The position numbers and the translations under genes are program-made. A DNA stretch of 44,176 nucleotides, from assembly GCA_004431415.1 (NCBI GenBank), contig QPMI01000431.1:1-44176 (forward strand). The letters are read 5' to 3'. The DNA comes from Cyanophora paradoxa CCMP329. Taxonomy: Eukaryota; Plantae; Glaucophyta. Under the pieces are notes generated by a model, which saw nothing but the letters and a program-made list of their open reading frames with translations, was not told where the DNA came from and did no database searches. Positions 18,031 through 25,982 of this stretch are shown in pieces (the stretch's first letter is position 1; each line of letters begins with the position of its first letter).

Positions 18031-18222
18031 TTAACGCCCGGCGGGGCGCATGCCGGCCGTCGCCTGCGAGTAGGAGCCGGGGGTGTAGAGGGTCTTGGCG
18101 GCGTAGCCGAAGCCCACGCCGATGACGGCCGAGGCCGTGGGTGTGCCGCCGAGGAGCCAGGTGAGGGTCGCGGCGAGGGCTCCAAGGGTGTAGTGGTTGG
18201 GATAGGAGTCAGCGAAGGCCAT
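18031..18222 (-). CDS. 63-aa hydrophobic protein; start revised to ATG 18222
   Basis: MAFADSYPNHYTLGALAATLTWLLGG...; minus-strand TTTTTCTAA 21 nt upstream. Confidence 0.55.
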   Translation of the reverse strand: MAFADSYPNHYTLGALAATLTWLLGGTPTASAVIGVGFGYAAKTLYTPGSYSQATAGMRPAGR

Positions 18223-18290
18223 GGTTTCGATGTCTGAATTTAGAAAAACTGCCAGTGTGTCTGCAGACTTTTTTCTAAGCTCTAGCAAAG

Positions 18291-18920
18291 ATGCAGGGAA
18301 CAGCCGGAAACTGCATAGAGGTGAAATTATCAGGCAAACATGGCGAGGGCCTGCACATGCTCATCGATGCCGAGGACTACGAGCGAGTGTCGAAACATGG
18401 TTGGAGCGTCAACTACCTGGGCTACGCAAAGGCATACATGAAATGGAACGGAGAAGGAAAACATCGAAACGTGCTGATTCATCATTTCATCATGGGCAAG
18501 CCGCCTGCAGGAAAAGAAACGAACCACATTAACAGAAACAAGCTCGACAATCGGAAAAGCAACCTAGAGTTCGTCACTAAATCCGAAAACTGCAGGAACA
18601 GAGCCAAGACACGTGCACCAGCTGGTCGTGAATTCACCTCGAAGTTCAAGGGTGTGGGCTTCCGGAAACGAGAGAAACTCTGGGCGGCCAAAATAAAGGT
18701 GGCCCCGAAGAAAGTGAAAGAGTTCTACTTCAAAACAGAAATTGAAGCAGCTCAGTGCTACAACATTCTCGCCTTGGAGCATCATGGACGCCATGCTGTT
18801 CTGAATGAGATCCCGGCGCAGGCGATACCGGCACTGCCGATTCCAGACACCCTCCCCGCCCTCCCTAAGGCGCACCCCCTTCCCACGAACTTGCAGGCAG
18901 CCATGTGTACAGATGCGTAG
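18291..18920 (+). CDS. HNH-AP2 homing endonuclease
   Basis: LIHHFIMG...NHINRNKLDNRKSNL..VT.SEN (HNH_3), followed by TSKFKGV...WAAKI...TEIEAAQCYN (AP2). Lower GC than neighbours. Confidence 0.9.
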   Translation: MQGTAGNCIEVKLSGKHGEGLHMLIDAEDYERVSKHGWSVNYLGYAKAYMKWNGEGKHRNVLIHHFIMGKPPAGKETNHINRNKLDNRKSNLEFVTKSENCRNRAKTRAPAGREFTSKFKGVGFRKREKLWAAKIKVAPKKVKEFYFKTEIEAAQCYNILALEHHGRHAVLNEIPAQAIPALPIPDTLPALPKAHPLPTNLQAAMCTDA

Positions 18921-20750
18921 TTTGAGTGGCCTTGAAAAAACACAGTGACTCGAGCGAGGGGCAGGGGAGCCGGGCGCCTTGGCCTCCGCCATCTCGACGT
19001 CTGCGTCTGCAGGGCTCGGGCTCCGTCTTGAGCACTGGCGCCGCAGCCTGCGAGCCCTCCGCTACGAACCCTCTGCGGCGCGGGGCAGGGTTAGCTAGCT
19101 ATAGCGCACACGAGGCGGGGCGGGCGTGGCGGGCGGGGCAGGAAAGGGCGAGTGGCGCGATTGGAGAGCCCAGCGCCCTGCAAAAGGGGCTCAGGTCGGG
19201 GGTCAAGGCAGGCGGCGGGCGCACTCACCGGGCCAAGGACGGCGCCCTGACCGCTGGGCCAGCGGCGGCCTCCCGCCCCATGGGCCCTGCGTCGCGCTGA
19301 GCAGAGATCCGGGCCAGGCGCCGGCGGGCGGGCCTTAGCTAGGCGGGCGAAGAGGTCGGGGCGCGGGGGGCGGAGCCGAAATCGGGGCCCGGAGCGCCGG
19401 GCCAGCGCGCTGGAACGCTAGAGCGTATCTAGAGCACGTGGACGTGCGCAGCTTGCAAGCGCGGGCCCCCGGGATGCGCAGGACCAGACTCTCGGGTGCA
19501 CCTGCACTGCGAGGCCCGAGTTTCAGCCGAGGGCCGGAGCAACGGGCCGCGGCTCCGGAGCGGTTCAGCGCGGCTAGTACAGCACCGCAAGAGCGAGCGC
19601 GGGGCGAGAACAGCGGGCGCGCACCTGAAGAGACCGCGGGTCGGGAGAGCTCGAGCGCTGGTCAGACTCGGAGAGCTCCGAAGGCCGGCGGCCGCGGCGA
19701 TCGGGCCTGCGCAAGGCGGCGTCAGTCGGGCGTCGAGAGAGCCTCCAATCGGGGCCGCGCCGGCAGCTAGAAGGCGTAGGCTGCGTGGCTCGGGACTCGG
19801 GACGCGGGCCGGGCCGGGGGCGCACGTACACTCGTACACGGGCGAGGCAGCCGCGTCGACATGGGGCTGCTCGGGCCACGATGCACGGCTCTCGTCACAG
19901 TGCGTACGGTTCCGGTGCAATGCCTCTACGGGCAGTCTACGAGGCTACGACACGCGCTGGCCTCTGCAAGCTCGCCGAATCGAGCGGGCTGCAGCTGCAG
20001 AGAGCTCAAGGCCGCAGCAATGCACCGGTTGCGCAGCGCTGCAGGCGTCGGCCCGGCGCGCAGCTGGCCCTGAGACTGACTTCCGACGGTCGACAGCACC
20101 GACTCCGAGCTCAGCGAGCACTGCCAGGCTGAGCAGTGCGGACTCCCGGACTCTGGCAGGCGCGCGGCTACCGGCGCTGCACTGTGCACCGCACTACCGT
20201 AGCACCGTAGTTCGGTGCTAGGCCGCTCAGCGGCTATAGCTGGCACAGCCTAGCAGCCCGGCGGGCCGCAGCGGCCTAGCACAGCCTAGTACTAGCCCAC
20301 TACTAGCCACTAGACCACCGGGCCTGGGTGGGCCAGCTACTACTGGCAGATAGCTACCGACTCTAGTACCGAGTAACCTAGTAGTACCAACGCCTGCCGT
20401 ACGTACCGCCGGTACCGGTAGTACCAGCGCAGCTAGCACTACTACGTACCGTACTAGTAGCCACCGGCGGTTCGTGGACCGTCAGACTCTGAAGCTCAGA
20501 CACGTTTTTTTGTCGACCAATCACCCTCGAACACGTGGATGCACACGGCCGTCCCACAAATTTCTAAACCCAGGCTAGCTAGCACTGCGGCCGCCGGCGG
20601 CGCCGGGCCTAGAGACTGGAGCTCGAGCCCAGGACCGACGGGACTAGGCCGGCTCCCCCTCCACCTGCCGGGCCTGTACCCTATTAGGCTAGGGCGCTCA
20701 ACGGGGTCCGGTTGAGTGAGTGCTAGCTAGGCCGAGGTCAGGCCCAGGCC

Positions 20751-21050
20751 TGTTACACGCCCCTCGTCCGACTGTTACACAGGGCCCGCGGCTGTGTTAC
20801 ACGGCCCCCGCCTGCCGCCCCGTCTCTCACAGCTAGATCCACGCGTGTTACACAGATCCACGTGTGAAGGCCCCAGATCCATCCTTCAATTTTACTTCTG
20901 AAGTCGTCGGACGAGTCCCTTCCCATACAAAACTGTGTAACGTACGCTTGAGATCTGTGTAACAGAAGCTAGACTCTTGTGTAACAGTCCGACGTAATTG
21001 TGTAACACAGCCTCAAATTCTGTGTAACAGACAGACGAAGTCGTGTAACA
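20751..21050. promoter_or_regulatory. Iteron-like array, putative replication origin
   Basis: TGTTACAC at 20751, 20773, 20795, 20846; GTGTAAC(A) at 20935, 20957, 20979, 21000, 21022, 21043 (21-22 bp period); spacer between the opposed sets. Confidence 0.6.
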
Positions 21051-21285
21051 GTGCTAGCCTATACGGCCGTCCTACAAATTTCCAAACTACAGCCAGACAG
21101 CAACAGCCATCCCAGCTTTTCTTCTTATTGGACGGACGACGGTACTGTCCGGACCTTTCCGATAATCTATATGATTCTAGGGAGGGTCCGGACAGCTGCA
21201 GGTGCAAGTGGGCGAGCGAACTCATTCGAAGCCCCGAGCCTTGCAGTGCAACCCCAAAAAATTCTGAGCACAGGACATCGTAGGA

Positions 21286-22233
21286 ATGGCGCCGGCCAGC
21301 GTGTGCAGCGACGAGCTCCTCTCGCGCCTTCCAGGTGTTCAGACCATCAGCTTTAGCGACGAAGAGGCCACCTTCTTGCTTCGCTTCCCTCTCGTCTGTG
21401 CTACCAAGAGCTGGAGCCCGGTGCTGGGCGCCGTCGTATGCATTGCCCACCCGCCTGGAATTACACCCAGCTGCTTTTCGGGAGCCGGCGACGAGACGAG
21501 CTGTGCGGCTGCTCGCGCGTACGTGGATAAATACGGAGGCCTCACGTTCTCTCGGCCTGTGTCGAATAACCCGCAGCTGCGAGTTGCTTACGTCGTTCAA
21601 AACCAAGAGGTCTGTGCCTTTGCAGCCTGGGTTCTCGGCTCATCTGGAGCGCTCGAGCTTCAATTCGATAGCGGCACTGGCGCGGCGGCTCTTCGGTCGA
21701 TTCCGGACGGCGGCGCTCATGATCTTGCGACGGACACTTGCACCTCGGCTTGGAACTCGAATCCCGCGGCGGATGCTGTAGCTGCAGCTAGCTCAGTTTC
21801 GAGCTCGAGCGCCATTTTCAAACGATTCCTTGATCTTTTGCACGAGAACAAGCTGGTGCGAGATGAGCTATGGCGAGCTGGTCAGGCTCTGCGCATCAGC
21901 ATCGACTTGCACGACCACCGTCGAGTGCAAGATCTCCAGCCCGGGCCCGATGGCTCCATACTAATACTCATTAACTGCCCCCTAATTGCGAGTCCAGGGA
22001 CAGCATTCGCGTTTAGGATCACTATACGCGCGTATGGGATCGAGGTGGAGCCTGAGGGCAGCTCGTCCGCTGCGCGCGCTTTCGGGCAGTATTTCACAGA
22101 CCCAACCCAGCCCGTGGCATTTGACATTGCGCTACCGACGCTTCTGCTCGCACTCGAGTCCGCAGACATGGTTCCGTCCTCTGTGAGCTACGAGCTCGTG
22201 GACGAGCGCTTCCTGACTCGCGACATTCTAACT
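21286..22233 (+). pseudogene. Hypothetical GC-rich gene truncated by the AT-rich element
   Basis: AAAAATTCTGA lies 22 nt before ATG. Composition switches abruptly at 22234, and the track's C-terminal ~65 aa are translated hairpin DNA. Confidence 0.55.
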
Positions 22234-22526
22234 ACACATAGAGAAACGCGGCGTTTAAACCCTCGGCTAATCTTAATTGATCTTGTTAATATCTCTCGTA
22301 TATTTTATATCAATCAATCGATAATCTGTGTGAAATCTATCAAATTATTAAATATTTTGATTTTTGTGTATTTCATTTATAATTTATTGATGTTCTATGG
22401 TAAATTTATCTTAATTTCGATTTGTCTTACTTAAATCAATCGTGAATTTGTATAAGTTTCCGAATAATATAACTGGATCTTAATTAGATCTTGCCTCCGG
22501 TTTAAACGCCGCGTTTCTCTATGTGT
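22234..22526. repeat. 293-nt imperfect palindrome closed by a perfect 28-bp inverted repeat
   Basis: ACACATAGAGAAACGCGGCGTTTAAACC (22234-22261) pairs with 22499-22526; the AT-rich interior keeps pairing in short blocks. Confidence 0.85.
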
Positions 22527-22657
22527 GATTTTAACGCAATAAACGCGATTAATATGCAAATTCGATATAATCTCGATTGAAGGAACATAATTTTTGTGAT
22601 ATAATCACGAATGAAGTAGTCCACCGCCCATTCTATTGTAAAACGCAAAAATTCACA

Positions 22658-23012
22658 CAGAGTTGCATTACGTCCAATTAAACAATCGATGAGATTCCGG
22701 GAAACAAAAATGACCCCAGAGTTGCATTACGTCCAATTAAACAATCGATGAGATTGCGGGAAACAAAAATGACCCCAGAGTTGCATTATGTCCAATTAAA
22801 CAATCGATGAGATTTCGGGAAACAAAAATGACCCCAGAGTTGCATTACGTCCAATTAAACAATCGATAAGATTCCTGTTAAATTTCTACTGTATCAAAAA
22901 TGACCCCAGAGTTGCATTATGTCCAATTAAACAATCGATAAGATTGGATTCTGTTTTTTACTGTATCAAAATTGTGTTTCAAGTGTAACATGTCCAATTA
23001 AACAGTCGATAA
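22658..23012 (+). repeat. Subterminal 59-bp tandem repeat, 5 copies plus a partial
   Basis: CAGAGTTGCATTAYGTCCAATTAAACAATCGAT starts at 22658, 22717, 22776, 22835, 22907; partial copy ~22991. Confidence 0.95.
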
Positions 23013-23017
23013 TCAAT

Positions 23018-23293
23018 GTGTAACAGGTGAATCCCAAGGTGTAACGGGTGTAACAGGTAAATCCCAAAGTTTTGGATTTTTCATCTCCTATGAGGAAAGT
23101 TTGGGAAACACCTGTTACACCTGTTACATGACACTATAATCAATGTAAGGAATCGAATATATTAATGCTTTGTTTGATAGATGTAACAGGTGAATCCCAA
23201 GGTGTAACGGGTGTAACAGGTAAATCCCAAAGTTTTGGATTTTTGGCCTCCCTAGGAGCGAAGTTTGGGATTTACCTGTTACACCTGTTACAC
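23018..23293. repeat. Two tandem copies of a palindromic GTGTAACA...TGTTACAC module (23018-23128, 23182-23293)
   Basis: TGTAACGGGTGTAACAGGTAAATCCCAAA...TTTGGGA(T/A)..ACCTGTTACACCTGTTACA; third copy at 41727-41811. Confidence 0.9.
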
Positions 23294-23343
23294 CTGACGA
23301 TATTCAATAAGACATGTTATATTTCTTCAAAATCTCAGTGTGA

Positions 23344-23742
23344 TTAACTCGGAAATCGCGCTGCTATCTGCTTCTCCGCTTTCTCCAACCCTGAAAAGAT
23401 CTCTGTTATTCTCTCATCTATCAATTTAGATATTACGGAGGTCTTACTTTGCGCTTCGGTTCCGCAAGTGAATACATCAATCGCTAACATTCCTTGGTCA
23501 GAGTAACAATGAGCGGTGCAATGGCTCTCATCAAGAAGTAATACCATCGCAAAACCCGGTGGCGAAACACCACCATCGAAAATCTCGCAATGCTTGTGAA
23601 CAACTCGGATACCTTGCTCTTGTATAATAGATTGTAAAAATTGCATTAACCACGTTGTTGTGGTCTCCAAGTTTTCCAATCCCACCATCAATGGATGATT
23701 GAACTTGTAATCTAACATTACATGGGAACCGCGATGATTCAT
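23344..23742 (-). CDS. speD: S-adenosylmethionine decarboxylase proenzyme (prokaryotic class 1B type)
   Basis: GSHVMLDY, PPGFAMVLLLDESHCTAHCY (E|SH pyruvoyl cleavage site), AIDVFTCG. Confidence 0.88.
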   Translation of the reverse strand: MNHRGSHVMLDYKFNHPLMVGLENLETTTTWLMQFLQSIIQEQGIRVVHKHCEIFDGGVSPPGFAMVLLLDESHCTAHCYSDQGMLAIDVFTCGTEAQSKTSVISKLIDERITEIFSGLEKAEKQIAARFPS

Positions 23743-23782
23743 TTATGAATTATATAGAAAAATAAAAAACGAAATTGGTAGG

Positions 23783-23932
23783 ATGCGAACCATCTTAGCG
23801 AAAGTATTTCCGTATGAGTTGGTCGATATCATAATGCTCCATTATCATAAGACATGTCCGAATTGCTTTGATACTTGCATAATAACCAAAGGTAAATGCG
23901 GAAAGATGCTCATTTCTCTTTCGAAACTCTAA
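23783..23932 (+). CDS. 49-aa ORF with F-box-like and Cys motifs (not in track)
   Basis: MRTILAKVFPYELVDIIMLHYHKTCPNCFDTCIITKGKCGKMLISLSKL*; fills the gap between speD and 23929. Confidence 0.35.
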   Translation: MRTILAKVFPYELVDIIMLHYHKTCPNCFDTCIITKGKCGKMLISLSKL

Positions 23933-24201
23933 TCAAAATATAACATAATCGGTTTCTCTTCTATTACGATTCCCCATGTAGTCTTTTTTCTGTATGCATG
24001 AGAGTGTTTCTTAGAACACTGTCTACATCCTGACCCCTTTATATGGTTAAATCCATAAGTCTGAAAGACTTTATTACATTGCAGGCATCTCACAGATACC
24101 TTCTCTTGCGCCTTTTTATAGACAGTTTCGGTGTAATCAAACTTATCAAGTCCATGAACCATTATCGCAGACTCAATAAATCTCCTTGTTTTTTCATCCA
24201 T
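23929..24201 (-). CDS. Stand-alone DUF723-like zinc-ribbon domain
   Basis: FIESAIMVHGLDKFDYTETVY...VSVRCLQC...F...NHIKGSGCRQC; no nuclease domain attached. Confidence 0.7.
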   Translation of the reverse strand: MDEKTRRFIESAIMVHGLDKFDYTETVYKKAQEKVSVRCLQCNKVFQTYGFNHIKGSGCRQCSKKHSHAYRKKTTWGIVIEEKPIMLYFD

Positions 24202-24222
24202 TCCTCTATATATACCGTAGAT

Positions 24223-25068
24223 TTATGGTAGCGGATCGCTACCGCCGATGGGATTATAGAGATTTGTGGTTAGATATTGACCATAGCGGTTTCCTCTTGC
24301 GATTGCATCGTTTCTTTCGGCATACATAATAACCGTGAATGTTCCTTGTTGTGTTGCCCTAATTATATATTCATCATCTTGCGTATCCAAAAGAGGCAAT
24401 GAATGGAAAGCAAGACCAAAATTATCGACGGGGACTACTTGAACTGTAATACGTGGTCTTGCTCCATCGGTTCTCCTACATAATGCATAAATATCCGCAG
24501 GTAGCTTTTCGGTATATCTGTAATGGTTTCCCAGCGGTTCTATTATGTCAATTACGGCAGTTTGCAGGTTTATTATAATCGTGTTTATTTTAATAATGTA
24601 AGGTTCATTCATACCCGGGCAATACGTTCTAATTCTCGTGTTTTCATCATCAGGATTGGGTTGGTCATTTACGATTAGAGGCGCTCCAATGATACCACCA
24701 ACTCTTAGTCCGTCCCCAATATAAGCGCCTCCGGATCTACATTTAATTGCGCCCCTTCTTGCTTCGTAAGCAAAGTTGGTAACCTTATTATCATCATTGT
24801 AACTGTCGGGATCTCCATAATGAGCGTTGAAGTTCGCATTTGTTACAAGAAGTCTCGTTGTTTTCACCACTCCACTGTTGGTGTCACATCGCAACTCTCT
24901 CAGTCTCAGCATATGAGTATCACCGAAGGTATTGAGAGTTGGTGCGATTTCTGTGGATTCGAGACCATCGATATTATCGATAATAGCATGCTGTAATACG
25001 TGGTTTGCGGGCGCAGCTAACGATAGTTGCGCAGTTAAGATGCGTTCAGGTGGTGCAGGTGCAGCCAT
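24223..25068 (-). CDS. Fibre-like hypothetical protein, paralog 1 (281 aa)
   Basis: Shares NSGVVKTT.LLVTNANF, RSGGA.IG.G.RV.G and LP..IY..CR with 25088-25933; C-terminus resembles beta-rich fibre C-terminal domains. Confidence 0.7.
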   Translation of the reverse strand: MAAPAPPERILTAQLSLAAPANHVLQHAIIDNIDGLESTEIAPTLNTFGDTHMLRLRELRCDTNSGVVKTTRLLVTNANFNAHYGDPDSYNDDNKVTNFAYEARRGAIKCRSGGAYIGDGLRVGGIIGAPLIVNDQPNPDDENTRIRTYCPGMNEPYIIKINTIIINLQTAVIDIIEPLGNHYRYTEKLPADIYALCRRTDGARPRITVQVVPVDNFGLAFHSLPLLDTQDDEYIIRATQQGTFTVIMYAERNDAIARGNRYGQYLTTNLYNPIGGSDPLP

Positions 25069-25087
25069 TTAATATATCGAAACATAA

Positions 25088-25933
25088 TTATGGGACGGGA
25101 TCTTCGGGGTATGGTTCATTATAGAAATTCGATAGTTGAGCATCGGGATTTATGCAGTTAGCAACAGCCCATGCCGCCTCATCATTACGATATCCATAAA
25201 TCATAATATCATAACCTCCAACCTCAGATGCCCAAAAATCAAAAGTGTTGGGTTGTGTTGCAGGATTTCTTATAACCCATCCACGCCCTCCATGACCTAC
25301 CGCTTGAACAATGAATGTATATCCTTCTACACCTCCATTCTGAGAGCGACACATGGAGTAAATCGCTTTCGGTAAAAGTTGATCAGCCATTTTCCAAGGT
25401 CCGTCAATACCTTGGGGTTGGGTAGCATCATTTATATTTACATTTGCTCGTATGATAGCAAAAGCATATGGGGAATCTCCACATGGAAGAAACATACGCA
25501 TTCGTTGGGGATTATCTGCATGTTCAGGTAAGGTGTCCGGAATATCGTTAAACGCAGCAGAAGAGCCAAGCATTCCGGATACTCGGCATCCACCACCAAT
25601 AACAGCGCCTCCTGATCGGATAACGGCGGCGGCTCGCGTATTGTCGAATTGGAATGCTTTGATATCTACACCATACGCATCGGGTTCTCCGTTTGCTGAT
25701 TGAAAATTCGCATTTGTAACCAATAATTGAGTTGTTTTTACCACACCCGAATTCTTTTCGGCTCGTAGTTCTTTTACGCGAATCACACTGTTTTTATCGA
25801 ACGCATTTCCTGAGTTTGCGCGTTCTGTTGATTCCATACCACGAATCTCATCGGATACTTCATGTTGTCTGAAATGAATTGCGGGCGCACCCAATGCGTA
25901 AACCGGTAATTGGACTCGGTTGTATTCACCCAT
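25088..25933 (-). CDS. Fibre-like hypothetical protein, paralog 2 (281 aa)
   Basis: Paralog of 24223-25068; minus-strand TATTTTTCTAA ~25 nt upstream. Confidence 0.7.
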   Translation of the reverse strand: MGEYNRVQLPVYALGAPAIHFRQHEVSDEIRGMESTERANSGNAFDKNSVIRVKELRAEKNSGVVKTTQLLVTNANFQSANGEPDAYGVDIKAFQFDNTRAAAVIRSGGAVIGGGCRVSGMLGSSAAFNDIPDTLPEHADNPQRMRMFLPCGDSPYAFAIIRANVNINDATQPQGIDGPWKMADQLLPKAIYSMCRSQNGGVEGYTFIVQAVGHGGRGWVIRNPATQPNTFDFWASEVGGYDIMIYGYRNDEAAWAVANCINPDAQLSNFYNEPYPEDPVP

Positions 25934-25982
25934 TGCTTCTTTTACTAAGAAGATTAGAAAAATAAAGCGATCTGTGAGTTAA

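Larger units (their letters stand above)
1..22233. mobile_element. GC-rich small Nucleocytoviricota-like virus (mriyavirus/Yaravirus-like), free or endogenous; left end outside window
   Basis: NCLDV-type MCP, A32 ATPase, RuvC/A22 resolvase, DUF5767-like and DUF2738-like SSB genes are compactly packed with 20-50 bp intergenics. No PolB or RNA polymerase is seen. A shared upstream motif runs from ORF 1204 to ORF 21286. Confidence 0.7.

Noticed and set aside
18926-20439. Several overlapping 70-240 aa ORFs
   Set aside because: Arg/Ala/Pro-rich translations in all frames typical of GC-rich non-coding DNA; no promoter motif or codon bias.
20751-21050. Mini-CRISPR (repeats with unique spacers)
   Set aside because: Repeats of 8 bp with 13-14 bp spacers in two orientations fit protein-binding iterons, not CRISPR.
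22658-23012. CRISPR-like array
   Set aside because: The would-be spacers are nearly identical to each other and no cas genes are present; it is a tandem repeat.
23165-23347. 60-aa ORF with VTGVTG
   Set aside because: Translation of the palindromic GTAACA module.
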